Shown here piece after piece: positions 14,920 through 29,300 of a DNA stretch of 64,000 bases. Numbering within the stretch: position 1 is the stretch's first letter; each line of letters starts with the position of its first letter. Position numbers and translations under genes: made by a program. Under the pieces are notes generated by a model. That model saw only the letters and a program-made list of their open reading frames with translations, ran no database searches and was not told the DNA's origin. The stretch lies in contig OZ260664.1 in the NCBI GenBank assembly GCA_965285935.1, positions 45,694,001-45,758,000 on the forward strand, written 5' to 3'. The DNA comes from Ophelia neglecta (lineage: Eukaryota).

Positions 14920-15150
14920 ATCCAGTTGTCATGACTTTGACTTTTGATCAGTCCAGATCGGGTTTATCTGTGAAATTTCACCTGAGATATTACTGTAAAA
15001 TCCATCTTACAAGAGCCAAATTAAGATGTATGGCAAAACCGTGTCAAACCAAGATGGCCGTGTTGACTATTCTCAGAACTGCCTTCTTCAGTGAGAAACT
15101 CTTGAATGGTTCTGTTTTACATATATAGGTAATAATCCAGCTTCTTATAA
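14920..15150. repeat. Degenerate interspersed-repeat fragment (TGACTTTGAC / CAAGATGGCCG motif type)
   Basis: Motifs CATGACTTTGACTTTTGA and CAAACCAAGATGGCCG resemble non-autonomous repeats common in mollusc-like genomes. Boundaries are uncertain. Confidence 0.35.
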
Positions 15151-15596
15151 GGCCCTGAATTTTTTTGTTTTCATTATCTAATTATTTGAAACTGTAATTC
15201 TCTTTGCATGTGTATTTTATAAAGGAGGTTGAAATTATCTAACGATAAAAGATTTTATAAAAAAGAATTTTCCAGGATGTACCATATGTACTGGGAATGG
15301 GCCAAGAGCAAATGCTGTGATATTAATAGAAGTGTACAAAGAGGATACATAAACAAAAATATGTAATAAGTATTCAAATTAGGTAACATGAAAGAGATTC
15401 ACATCCCCTTGGTCCTGATTTTACTGGGTTCTGGGCCGAGAGCATATGAGGGGAAATCATCCACATACATGTATAGTGTCCAAAACAATAAGGCCAATTA
15501 TACAGGAACAAACCAAAAGTGTCATGTCTGAAACCCAGAGCTGTATGTTTGAAAAGAAAATCAGGATCAGCACAAGCCTTAGGCTTATAATCAAGC

Positions 15597-15660
15597 AGAA
15601 GATGATGATGATGAAGAGGATAATGGTTATAATGAAGATGATGAATGTGAATGTGAATGA
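15597..15660 (+). repeat. GAT/GAA low-complexity tract (reads as an acidic peptide in one frame)
   Basis: GAA GAT GAT GAT GAT GAA GAG GAT AAT GGT TAT AAT GAA GAT GAT GAA TGT GAA TGT GAA TGA. Confidence 0.55.
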
Positions 15661-18600
15661 CCAACAATTTTAAGAGTGTGGTGATGACATTCAGTGTGCT
15701 GTGGACTAGCTACAGGTGTACTTGATTTACAAATGACCACTTGTTGTTTAAGCTGCCATCGTCACGCGTGGAGGGTACATACCAGTACTGCATGAAACAA
15801 AGACAACATTACTCTAATCATTGTGTTCATCAGCTTTTTGTGACTTTCTCTAGCTCAGACTGATCCTACTGTCACTTAACACTTTAAATTTATGTAATGA
15901 GCACCATTTTAAATTGTCAAAATGGCTACCAATCGGTGAACACGAACTACCCGGTAGTGGCAGAGGTTGGAGAATAAATGTAGGAGGATGGTTATCATAA
16001 TGGTAGTAAGGTTTGATTCATGTCACCAGGGTCAGGCCTGGCTATACCTGTGATGAAGAATTAGGACCAGGGTTAGGAATGTTTCAGAGTAGTATTCTCA
16101 AAATATACCTCCACCAAACCACTTATTGGTAAAAGCCATGAACATCTATGGTGTCCATGGACAGGTCTCTATTTGCCGTTTTTAGTTTTTGAAGTTAGGT
16201 AATTCTGGCTTGTGATTAGTCACTAGCCGCCCAGTATGCTCTAATCTATTGCACCTTTTCTTGATGAGGTACAATTAAGATACATGCTCTTTCAGCTCCC
16301 ACACAGTTTGCAGTGATCTAACAGCTGGCACATCTCAGTGTTCTGTGATAGATCTTTGTCCATTAATCACCCATAATGATTCAGTGAATTATATCAATAG
16401 ATCAGAGAGTGGACAGCCAGCTCCCACTCAGACACCTAGTCCACAGAGAGCAAACCTACTTCATCACTGGCTACATCTTTGATCATGAAGAAAGGTATCT
16501 TTTACTCATTTAGAGCATTTTGTTTGTTTACCCAGTTTCAAATATTTATATGTTCAGAGCAATGGTATTGTTTAGAAAGTTTTTATTTCTCTGAATATTA
16601 AACATAATATTATATGACTGAGCTCATGTATTTAAAATGAGAAAACATATTGCTTTACTGTGAAACTGAAACAGTATTGAAATGACATTGAAAGACATGC
16701 CCTTTCTGGCAGATCTAACTAAATTGTGAACTGATGTTTCAGTGATCATAATGATCTCTACTATGTTGTGCTAAGTGTCTTCGTGAATGGGGGCATTGGG
16801 GCATCTTCATATTTGAAACTTAAGCATAACTCCACTTTCAGTGTGCTCATGCAGTGAAACGTGCAATTAATAAGCCCTATAAACATGTCTGGATGCCTAG
16901 TAATATAAGAAATATCCTTGAGAATTTGCCAGTTGGTTGAGAAAGACATTATAGAAGCACCTCGTTGTGTCAGAGAATGATTGAAAGAATAAACCTACTG
17001 ATGAATAGAACTACCAGTGGGACTATCACGCAGAAACCGTCAATTCCTGCTATACAGTCAGCTTCAGCAGGCAGTGGTCATAAACCAGTGTAAAGTAAAT
17101 GACTCATCTCTCACCTTACAGTCACCCACACAATATTTATGGCCAATGAGTGAAACTTCAAGTCAACAGTCTGCTGGTTTTATATACATAGAATGACATT
17201 TAGTTGTAAAAGTGAATGTTTATAAGATTTATAAATGTATTTTATAATAACTTGTTGGCATTTAATGTACTCTCCCAAGGTGAGTAGCTGATCAGTTCAT
17301 ACAGAGCAATTATTTTTAAAAATTGAACTTGTGGAAAATTCTCCAATAAGATGAATTCATTTTATATAATATATAAATGTGCTTGATTCGGAAGGATAGG
17401 GCATATGGCTATAATAAATTGCACTAAATACTGGGTCTAGGAATGAGAATTGGTCATATATATATTTTTACATACAGGTGAGGTTTTTGTACAATTTACC
17501 CCCAAAATGTTATATTTTTACATTTTTTGCATTTTGCATTTTTCTGAAAACAAGCTAAAGAGAGTATAGTATGGTATGGGCCATCCAGTGACACGTCATT
17601 TGATACCATTAGCTTCATAAGCTCAATACCCACCTAAATAATTACTTAAATGAGGCCAGATCATGTCTACTCGTACATTCATCCCATACCTGGAGAATTT
17701 GATTTACGGTGGGACATTTATGGCGACAGTTTTTGATCTTGTTGTGATCAGTGGACAAGTCACTGTATTATTGCCCATGGTCACAATTTTGGTTAACCAC
17801 TAGAAAACCTGAGAAATTAAGTATCTTTCCATCATCCTCACTTCAAATATATTTACTAGTATTAGCCTTAAAAATATATGGATTATACAAGAGGGAATAC
17901 AGTACTTCCTGGATGCAAGCCTTTTCTTTCAAGAATGGAATATAACTATTCAATTTGATGAATGTTTTTCTTTGTTTGCTGGGTATCCATTCCCTTGTTG
18001 TCTGTTTACTTGGCAAGATTAATGAAATGAATAGTTGCATAGCCAATTGATTTAATCCTTGCCGATCTATCCATGAGTTTAATATATAAATGATCATCTA
18101 AAGAGACTATTGGAGCCATCCGCGTAGACTGGATACATTTTCTTTAAATGTAGGTCCCTTTCGCTATTAAAATAATTTGCTCAATTTAGCCCTAAGCATC
18201 CAAATGAACCTTTCAAAGATATTTCTGCAAGTGCTAGGGTCCAAAGATGGCACATTTGGCTTATTGGCAAGCCTGACCAACTACCAGGCAAATCACCATC
18301 AATCTCAGCCAGTGGCTGGATAAGGCATCGTAAATCTAAACCCCAGCTGATATGACTGTAGAGCAGGGCAAGGCATTTTTCCAGCTTCAAGTATTGTTCC
18401 ATTCATGTTTGGTAATTGATATGACCCTATTCATTTGTAGAAGTTGCACTTTGGTTGAAAGATCAAGCTATCTTGTCCATTAGGCCTCTAGCTCTGTGAT
18501 GTATCTTATTGATTCTACAGCAGACCTACCCAGGGAAAACACTGAACATTGTCAATGGTAGGTGGTAATTAATAGACCAAGTAGCCAACAAGTCCCGCTG

Positions 18601-21151
18601 GATTTATCTACTAAATGGTGCTTGAAATTGCCTGTAATTCTATTCAAATTTGTTTCAGCGTAGTTATTATTGATAATTATATTGAAGCCGAAGGGAAGTT
18701 GTTTTGTCATGTAACCTCAGCTGTGTTCTAGGAAAGCCACCTAAGGAAGCGCTGATTAAAGAAAGTTAATATCTAACAATATGAACGGTGTGCAGCGTAA
18801 GGACTGATGTGAATCCCATTTTTGTATGGTATTGAATTTTTTATGTGCAATGTACAGTTTTATTATATCTGGTATTCCCATTTTCTGTCCCTACATTCTA
18901 TTATTTTCCTGGCACGGATCTTAAGTGTTCAAGTTACGTGGAGGCGTTTGGAAGGAAATCATTGCCTGTGATGCAATAAGTACTTCTGTATTCAAATTTC
19001 AATTGAAACATTCAAATCAAATAGAGGCTGCAGTCTAAGAGAAGAGTGTTACCTATAATGTGATCCAAACCAAAAATTATATTTCATTTTTCCCTCTTTT
19101 TTATGCACACAAACAGCAAAGCTATTGAAATTGAACATCAATTATGAGTTCCTTTGCATGACTGGAACCTGGGTGTGACCTATTCAGGAGAAGAGAAATA
19201 CTCATGAATTCCATACATGACATTTCCATCTGAGAAATCAGATTATGTCTTGCCAGTCCTGTTATCTCAGCTTCCCAACTGAGGTTCTGTTCTGTGCCTG
19301 ATTTGTTTTATACTGTGGAAAACATTAACATGTCCGCTGCCAACTGGCTGCCTGCGGATGGGCTGGCTGACTATCTTAAACCCCTACTCTGCCACCATTA
19401 GCCTGTCTGCTGCTAATCTAGCTCTCTATCTTTTTGGTCTAAATCTTTCTAATATCTCAAGATTTGGTTCTCTTTGCCCATTGTACTTAACATATATGCG
19501 CCTTGTGGATCAGACAAGTGCAGTCCATTGACATTGACAGAATGTCTTTAGTGGAACATTCATCTCTGTATTTACTAACCATGGACATATTCAAGTGTAT
19601 GCTAGCTTCAGTCTGTTTGCTTTTGACCTTTTCCTGACATTGCTAGGTGCCTCAAGTTGAACTGATACAAGACATGTTCTGTCAACTGTGATTTATTACA
19701 GGAAAAATATCACCTATCGTTCATCAGCTAAGAGCTTATAATAGCTATATGACTGAAGCTGCTCATTTAGTTTAAAGGAAACAAAGAGCAGCTATAAATA
19801 TTTTCTCTTACATTAAAATGCAATTTCATCATTGATATTATCAATCAATGCACTTTGCTTTTCCTTAACATCTATCATGCTGCAAACGAAGTTAGACAGC
19901 TTCTATTACTTTGCACTACCAATAAATAAATACACAAGTACATTATGTCCATTTATGTACATGTATATATCTCATGGACATACACTGTATCAGTCATGAT
20001 AAAAGACGGAACGGGGAAAGGGAAACGGTTGAGAGAATGACGAATGATACAAGACAGAAAAACCCAATTTTAGCACTTAATTTCGTAATACTGGTGGAAG
20101 TGCCTGCTACCTCCTGCTATGAAAACATACAACTGCCTTATAACATTTTAACACATATGCTCCTATATGCTTCTTGTTAACCAGACAAGTACATTGCATT
20201 GACCATAACAAAATATCTGTAGAGGAAAAGTGTCACCTTTTGTTTTTCTAAACATGCATCCTTTGTAACTGTCACTAATAATGTATTCCATTCAGTATTC
20301 TGCTTTACTCTTTTACCAAAAGGGTATACCTATAGGGTATTCCTGTCTCTGATTGGCTAGCTAACAGAGCATACTGGCCTGAATGCCATGGAATCCATAT
20401 GATGTGATTCAGAATGAGGCTGCAATAGGTAGCCAGGAGAATGCTACCTACATGTACATTTATTATGGTATATAGATATATGCCTTCTTAGCCTATGAAG
20501 TACGTTTTTTCTAATTATAGTCTATTTTTTTTCCACAAGAAAGTATTTAAATGTGTTTAGAAATCCATATATTATATATTATATGTATGTCTCCTATTTG
20601 CTTAATTCACAATTCACTGTTATTTCCATTTAACACATAAAAACAATTGATTGTATACCAGGTATTCAGGACTTGAGACAAGTACACAACATTGAATAAT
20701 TTGTCGTTGCACATAATAATATATATGGAGTGGAATTTATAAACACATGCAGTACATGTAAATATATGACAAGAATCTAGAGTGTGTTCATGTGCGTGGA
20801 GCAGTGAATTAACTATGCAAATTGAGCAACTGGGCTGCCACCTTTTCTGTACTGTGACGCTTCCCTATCAAAGGCATCATTAAATATCTGAAGCCCCAGA
20901 CTAAAGAGCTAAGAGACCACAATGCAAAGCAATATGTTAGACCCAGCTGCTCCAAAAAAAATATTGACAAGAGTTTGATTGAGCCGCTCCAGAATGAACG
21001 CCGCCGACAATAACAAGCACCTTTTTGGGGCTCTTTTTATAGACAAGAAATATAAATGTGTGGAGTATTATTATTTGATCAGCAGGAGAAGAGTATAATT
21101 TTGGTATACATTTCTTTACTGCAGGACCAACCAGATTTTGGGAACTCCTGG

Positions 21152-21388
21152 CTAATATTGGACTTACCAATGAGAAAAAAAAAATCTATAGTAGCAGTAG
21201 CAGGCTATAAACAAGCCTTTATTTGTGAATTTGTGTGTCACTTTAAGGTTAATGTGAACAATAATTTTGTCTGATATGCTAACATGTCACCATACTATTC
21301 AAGAAACTAAATCTTTACCTCTGTCTGCAATGAGAATTGAATATATTTAATTTTGAATGGTACAGGATATATTCCTGCTTGAATTAAA
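21152..21388 (+). repeat. Left arm of a diverged ~235-bp inverted repeat pair
   Basis: Aligns with the reverse complement of 22690-22918. Shared blocks include CTAATATTGG..CAATGAGAAAA, ATTTGTGAA(T/C)TTGTGTGTCACT, TTAATGTGAACAATA..TTTGTCTGATA and TGGTACAGGA..CTTGAATTAAA. Confidence 0.85.
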
Positions 21389-22689
21389 TGAATTAATTTT
21401 AAGAAATAAATTCAGGCAAAAGATGAAAAAGAAAAAAGTTCATCTTTTATTTTATTTCATGCTCAGAACACACATTTACTTTCAAGTTGCTGTGGCATAT
21501 TTTAGAGGATAAAAGCATCTCTATCATTTAAAATATTACAAACTAAATCGCAGGGATTTACAAGAACATATATACATGTACTACATGTAATTGTAATGTG
21601 GTTATTTACTAAGTGATATCTTTAGCCATAACCATAGTAAGTTGAGAGTATTGCTCTTGCTGTCTGTGCTATCCTGAGTTATCCTTACTGGGCTGAATGG
21701 TAGTCTGTAATCAGAAGAGCCTAGAATAATCCTTCATAGTAGTTTTTTTGTTGTTGCCAAATTCCCGACCATTATTTTCCTCTTTATACTGGCAATAAAG
21801 CCTTGGAGCCTTAGGGCAGGCACTGATAGTTGAATGGTATACTCCAAATGTATTCTCTATAATTAAGGTCCTGATCCCATTGGAAGAATTCTAATACAAG
21901 GAATTATCAGCAGTCACCATGTCAGCGCTGACAAACCAAGCTTTCTGGGAGTGTTCAATATAAATTGATGATTCGGTTTTGTATTGATGCAGAACAGAGG
22001 GAGTACAGCTAGAAAGAAATCTAATGGTAAAAAGAAGTCAATTTCTTGCTGCAATCATTCTTTCTGTGAGATCAAAGCTGTGTGAAAATGGCATCCCTGT
22101 TTTCATTCAAGCATTATTCAGACTGAATCTTCCCAATACAGCTTGTGCACATTAAAAGAACTTTTCCTTGTCCATGTTTAGTTGAAAGAATAGATTGATA
22201 GTTGATCATGGGAGGAGTGATGAATGTACTGGCTCACTGGAAGGAATAAAGTCTAACAAGTGTTTCCAATTAACCCATCATGGTTAAATATTTGAGCACA
22301 TTTACAAGATATTGTATATGAAAATGCAGGCTACTTTGATGAGTTGAGGTATATTTCAGGAGTCCGGCCTCCTGTTTTAACCTTCTTTAAAGCATTTTTT
22401 AAAAGGAAAGGCTGCATAGAAGAACTATATAGTTACGAGCAATGCTTGCGCAAGTGTTTAATATGGAAGCTGGCAACTATGGCTTGATAGCCTATTTTAT
22501 ACTGTCAGTGCCATGAATGGTATGACAAGATGAAGGAAATAATCAGTGAAAGCTTCAACTTCACTTGTTTATTTAGGAGCAAATGTTCCATTAGCTGTTT
22601 GATTACCCTTGATTACTACCAAGTGTCATCATGTTTGTCCAACACTCCAGAACATGTGTACTTTATGATTAAGGTACATTATAATGATT

Positions 22690-22918
22690 TTTAATTCAAG
22701 AGGATTATTTCCTGTACCACCAATTACCATATTTTTAATCCTCATTTTAGAGGTGCAGATCATGTTTTGTTGAAAAGTGAGTAAACATATTTATCAGACA
22801 AAAGTATTGTTCACATTAATTTTGCAGTGACACACAAGTTCACAAATGAAGACATGTATATAGCTCGCTATATCTGCTATTGATTTTTGGTATTTTCTCA
22901 TTGCTAGGCCAATATTAG
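22690..22918 (-). repeat. Right arm of the diverged inverted repeat pair
   Basis: Reverse complement matches 21152-21388. The ORF track shows the same in its translations: FICEFVCHFKVNVNNNFV vs FICELVCHCKINVNNTFV. Confidence 0.85.
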
Positions 22919-25900
22919 AAAGGTATGAGACAGATAGATGGATGAATATTGCCAGCATAGCTGGAGGATGTTCATTACAACACTGGAACTGACAAATTGA
23001 TGGAGGACTCCATTTCCTGGCCATGTACCCCAGTCAAATTGTACAACTCTCCAGCCACTCACCCCATTGACATCTGAATTTTTAATGGTAAAGTGTTTGG
23101 TTAGCACTTTATAGTCATTTTCCTGTGCTTTGGGGGTTAGACCCTCTGTCAGAACTCATGCACCTGCCATATTGACTTCTAAAGGGCCTTATATTGTGTT
23201 TTATTACTGAACTTTGTTCAAGGGTAATTGTAACAAGAAATATGACATCACCTGGAAGGAGTGGCAACAATATATCTTAAATCTGCCGTCATGGGTTACC
23301 AGCATGATTGGGACATCAGACAGGCCATGACTCAAGTGGGTCAAGTCATGTCAAGTGTCTAGGGGCTTTTACTGGCACACCTCCGCCATATTCACCATGC
23401 AACCAGCCCAGAATTTCTATAGAATTTATTTACCTTTTTCTGATATGTGAACTTCATATCTCAAACAGATTTGGTGGTTATTATTTAAAAGTGTTGACCT
23501 AGCCATAGGGAAGGCACTAATGTACACGAGGGAAGCTTAATGCCCCCTTTCTTTGCCGTTCTCCTGTGTTGTCCTTGTAGCAGCTGCTGTTCAATGCTTA
23601 GAGGAACATAGTGAATAGCAATGGAATGTAGTCAGGCAATCCGAGCATCTATTTTCTTGCTGAATGCTTTGATGCACAGGCAACTACCACAGTTTCTAGT
23701 TGTGATAATTCCCATCATCTCGACAGGAAATGGTAATACAACTTGATGTTCGCCATTGATCTGGGAGCAAAGAGCTCATTGAGGGCTAAGCATTGAGCTA
23801 ATTACAAAACTCAACATGCAACCAACCTCTCCAAAGTCATGCCTTTCACTCTCATATATAAAGTCCCTCTCAATATTTCTCTTCTGTCCTTGGTATGATA
23901 GTAAATGAATCAAACTAGCTTCTCACAATACAAGTAGAAGAAAAAGACATGCAAAAACATAATCAGTTTAGTAGTTTGTTGCTGTTATTCTAAGTTCCTG
24001 ATCATGCAATTTCAGGCCGACAATGAGATTGCTTTAATGCCATGGTGTAGTGAACCTCTTCAGTCTCCACAGGTTAGACATCCAACAGCCAATCTGTTAC
24101 AAGAATCTGCTGCTTGTTTTCACATGCTTCGGTAGGTCGGTTTCGCTCTGCCTAAAAACAACTACTATACTGATGAGGCACGTGCCAAAAAGAAACAGCT
24201 CCGCTCTGCTGCTGATCACACGCTTTTGGTGGTGCCGCAAACTGGATTAAGGACATTTGGGAACTGAACTTGGCCTGTAAATACCCAGTGTTTGTGAAAT
24301 GCACCACCCTTTAAAATATCAGGCAATGGAACAGTTAGCCTTAACTAGGACAACTTATTTATTCAAAGCTGTTTCTAACAATTATTCATTTGAAAAAAGT
24401 GGAGTGATATGTGTTGAGGTTTTTATCGGTGGTTGGCATGGCCAACTGCGGTAGCTAGAGATACTACAAGATTGCCATTGCATACCTGTACACTGGACAC
24501 CATTTTAGTCATTGCTAAGAACCTCAACACTGCGAAACAGACTTATTATAAAGTATGCAATAAACATCTCCAAACTGGTTTCCTATCATCCATTTCCTTT
24601 GACTGTGGAGGCATATTGTCGATGCTATGGGGTGGACTTCAAGTTCCTAATAACTCCTCTGGGCATGAGTTCCTTATTTACTATCAGATCTATGTACATT
24701 TCTGTAATAACTTCATGGCAGGTGCATTTAAAAGAAAAATTTACAGTATTGGAGCTACGTGCTAAGAAAGAAACTGTGAAAAGCATCATTAAGAACAAAC
24801 TCGCACATTTTTCTTATTTCCTAGAGTTTTTACTGCCCGTCCCTATGGAGGTTACCTGTTATCAACAAAGTGGCATTGTAGCGATGCACACACAAGCCAC
24901 AATTCCTCAATTTTGGAATAATTCCCTGATAAGCTTCATAAATGGTGTTCTGCTGTCTATTATACTGTATACAGAATGGTTTTTTCACCAGAGCTGGGAA
25001 AAAACTATGAAATTTAGGACAAAGTACTACAAGGCTATTTAGTTTTCTAAGCTTTGGCAGCTTTGGTTGTTTTTTAATTTTTAACAGAAATCATCCTCCG
25101 GAACCTTTGGAATTTTGTTTGCAGAGCCAGATATAATAATGATTTGGTAGCCATGAACAGTTAACTTAATGTTATTGCTTGCTACATGACTCATGTCAAA
25201 ATAGCAATATTACTGTATTTTCATGCCTCATTACAAATGGCAGAAGGTTTTGCTTATCATATGAAGTCACATTTCAAAGTGCACAAGCTTTCTTCAGAGC
25301 ATCAAGTGATACAAATTTCAATATTTGAGGGAACGGTGCTCCCGCTGGTCAGTTCTTGGTTTTTAAATTGGTGTATTAATCCTCCTTCAACACCAAAACC
25401 CAGGGCACAACTGGAATAGAATGATTAGCCATAGGGGACTTGACTCCCAGCTGTCGCCATTGTGGTGTTGGTGAAATTAAAGAACACAGTCTTGGCCAAT
25501 CAAAGACCAGCATTTGAAGACGGGGCCCCTGTCAGCCAATGAAAGTTCTGTATTTGAAAAGTGATTTCATGCCAGTGGTAAAAGCCACTCTCAATGAGTT
25601 ATGAATCCACAGTAAACAAAAAAATGTACCATGCACATGAGATGCCATTAACTACTAATTTTTATCATTTAAGCTTCAAATTGCATTTTATGCATTCTGT
25701 TTTTTTCTTTTAAAATGCCAATGCAGCATTAATATGTCAAGATAAGTTTTTTTCTCTCTCATGAGCACATCCACATGCCAGTTAATCAGGCATCTAAGTG
25801 TGTCTCACCTGGTTTCTGCCAATACTTCAAGAAATGCTGATGCGATTTCAATAACAAAAATGTTGGTGGTATTTTTTTGCCTATCCAGGATTGTCAAATC

Positions 25901-26318
25901 TGTTTACCTTGCGAAGGTCATGGGCCTTGGATCTTCAAGGTTACTAACAGACTTCCATCAAACGTTCTTTATCAGACAACTTTCGTGAAAAGATACCAAC
26001 ATTTTTCATCTGAATCATTGGAAACTGCTGCTATGAACCTTTTCCAAAACTGATTAAATATAAGAGATTCAGATCTACTGTCAAATGTGAAGTAAAAAGG
26101 TATAATATAAAAAATGTGTTCCAGTCAACTATGACCTTCTTTTTAAGGTCCTACAGGGAGTTTTTGCTCTCTTGTTAAAACAGACTGAGGATAGAAATAT
26201 CAGTCATAGGCCATCTAATAACATCTACTGACATTATCATCTCTGGTTATTTATCATTTTTATGATAATTGATGTTTTTTTCCATGTTACAACTTATTGA
26301 TATATGCCAGATGTTCAT

Positions 26319-26393
26319 GTGACCGTTATCTTTTTTTTTGCAGGTAAGAAATTGTTACAAGTGAATCACCCACCCATATCATAGTGTGTAAGT
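26319..26393 (+). other. Candidate recursive splice site (ratchet point) with 44-nt cryptic RS-exon
   Basis: GTGAC branch-like motif (26319-23), then TTATCTTTTTTTTTGCAG|GTAAGA (junction 26343/26344) and a second donor GTAAGT at 26388. The 44-nt segment has stops in all three frames. Confidence 0.7.
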
Positions 26394-29300
26394 ATGTTGA
26401 AAGTCATGGTGAATTAAAAGAAATATCCAATCTTTTAACTTTAAGCTTAATATATTGCAAAACCCCATTATCATCTCATTGACTACTGTACATCCACCTA
26501 ATAAACTAGTATGTGTTCATGGAAGAGCTTTTGGCATTGAATCTTCACAGTGGTTTGAATATAACTTTAAAGTTACAATATTTTTGGAACTGGATAATTA
26601 ATCTTTAGAGCATAACATGTTAGTTCCATCTATTCCATACCATCTCCACATATTATATAATCAAACAAGAGTGTGCACAATTAAGAAATAAAAAAATATT
26701 AGAGTAAAATCTGATTGCATTTGTCTGTAATCATCCGTGGAAAAAATGTTATGTCCCTCCTTATGATTGATTATAAAGATGTCTGATTTGGTAGTTATAC
26801 AGCCTATATAGACATGAAGGAGACCTGGTAGTTTTAAAACACTCTCACAGTGTGTCATTCTTTTACATTTTAATTTAATTTCTATTGTGAAATTTTTTAA
26901 TATCCATTTTGTTACATAAACAAGTGCCAACATGACCATATTTTGACCATGTTGAAATCCTTGTCCCTGTTGGATTTTCTCTTTTTCTATACAAGAAGAG
27001 AAAAACTTTCAGTCCGTAAAGAATAGCGGAACAACTGGATTGTAAAAAGTACAAATGAAACAACTTACAGTATACTGCCCAATTGCAGTCATCAGGTCTA
27101 CTTCTCACTGTGTGCATGGATCCATCAAAATAAATCTCCCTTTACCTTTGGATAAAAGAAGGCAATGGAGTGCACTGTTGGAGAATCTAGCTCCCAGCAG
27201 ATTAGGGGATTGGGAGATATTATGCCTCGCAAGATGTTTAGCCGCAGATATCAAAGGATTTGGATTATTCTCTTTTGGTTTCCTTGGCTGGCTTGGTGTA
27301 TGGATAACCACGAGTGACTTAGTGTGTAATGTCAGGAAAAAGGATGAAGCACACTGTAGTAGTCTGAAACATTAATGCATATTACCTTGTTCTTTGAAAG
27401 TATAATACTCAATTAGGCATACCAGTTGCAGCACTAATGAAAGATGGAAATTTGTTTGGAAAAATAATTGTAGCTATGCTATATTAATTATATCCCCCTA
27501 GTAACCAGAAACCAGTTAAAAGAAAGTATAAGCTGATTTCCTACCATCTACTACATGTATATGTATATGAACGAGGCTCCTTTAGTTACAGAAGGACTGG
27601 TCTTCTTGTGTTTACGTAGGTCACCTTCAATAACATAATGTTATGTCAGGGTAAACTTAGCGGCTGAGGTGCTTTCTGTTGCACTCAGCCCAGTAGTCTT
27701 AGACAACAAGCTGTCTGGTTTACCTTCCACAGCAATGGCTACAGTAATGTCATGACCCCTAGGGGTCAGTGCTGAGCTTTCTATAATGGTGTCTAAGGGT
27801 AGATTACAGCCAGTGTGATCTTCAGTATGGTCCTTGGCTCTCCAGATGGTCATTGACCATTGATCTGGGCAAGCTTTATTAACCCAGACGTAAGTCTGCA
27901 TTGACTGTCATGGCTGCCTATTAAGATAACATTCATAGTTGTGCTATCATCCCTGATGCTAAATCTCCTTGTGTGTCATCTACATCTAAATGAGCAGGCA
28001 CACCTCAAAGAAACTCAAGCTGTCCTTTAACTTCGCACAGGAAATATGAGCCATTAATATTGTGTATTGTGCTGTCCCTTTAATATTAGTACGCCGTGAT
28101 GTCTACTCCTGTTTTCAATATGTTTGGCATTTGCCAAGTACATTTTACATGGACTTCCTATCACTAAATCAGCAGTTAGCCTTTGTGGACAAGCAATGAA
28201 ACTCAATTAAAGGCATCCTCCCATTAGGAACTAAATCAGTAGATGTAAATGTACACAGGCTATCACTCAATTCATTCAAAACAAAGGATCTCTTTTAGTT
28301 TTTTATTCTTCAGGAAACCATGAAAATAGCTTCAATGTGCATTGTCTGAATTCTGGATAACAATTTCTATATATTTCTGCATGCATTAGGCTGAACTTGT
28401 TGGCGAACAGTTTTAGTTATATCTTGACATTTGATCAACAACTCTCAATTTGCTGATGACCCAAGATCCAAATGGCAATGTGCTCTACTTGGCAAAAATC
28501 AGCAGAGAGTAAAACAATCAATCACTGCTGTAGCTCCATGCATAGGAATACATTTAGGGTTATGAATGACTCTAAGATGATTGCATCAGACAACATAAAT
28601 CAACATTGCGGCTCAGTTTGCCCAGCTTAGAATGTCCTGGGGATCTCCATCACCCGGATGCTGACTGAGATGGAAATGAGTACCACTGGGGGACGTAGTG
28701 AGCCCAGATCTCTGTGTCTGTTGACAGGTATCAGTATGCCACGGCCGTCTGCCTGTGAGTCCCCACTGACACGGGTCCTCTGACACGACAATCTGGAAAG
28801 ACCATGTACGCTGGATGAGAAAACTGTCAAATAGATTCTTACCAGTAGAATCTCTGGCTGCTAAAGCCCTATGTATCTGGTTGAGGGGTCCAAGTCGCTG
28901 TAATTGGGTATTATTGCCACTTGGACCATACTCTGGGGCCAGCCCCTTAGTAGAAGCGTGTTTGGCTGTCTTTAGTGCTCTCATTTTTGGTTACTAGATG
29001 CAATTAATGTAGCCAGAGCTAAGGTTTGGTGATGGACTGGCCTTGTAGAAGCCCTGCTTGGTGATTTGGAGAAGATTGTTCCATTTAGCAGTGAGTTGGG
29101 GCCAGCAATGGCATGTTGTCAGCGTGTTCATCAAGGGTTTTATTGTTTTCACACCACTTACATCACCTATATTGCTCTCTAAATCCACCATTTTTTTGCT
29201 CGGACTACCAATTTGGATGAATATGTGTTCCATTACATGTATTTGCGACCCCCCTTTCCAGTCCAGTCCAGTCTTTAGGGTATTAATCATGCACCTGTCC

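Noticed and set aside
21715-21840. Minus-strand peptide APRLYCQYKEENNGREFGN resembling the integrase (S)DNGREF motif
   Set aside because: The catalytic Asp is absent, the spacing is wrong, a stop follows shortly, and I found no other integrase motifs. A translated search would settle it.
24433-25042. 176-aa and 110-aa overlapping ORFs
   Set aside because: TTG starts, composition typical of random AT-rich DNA, no recognisable domain.
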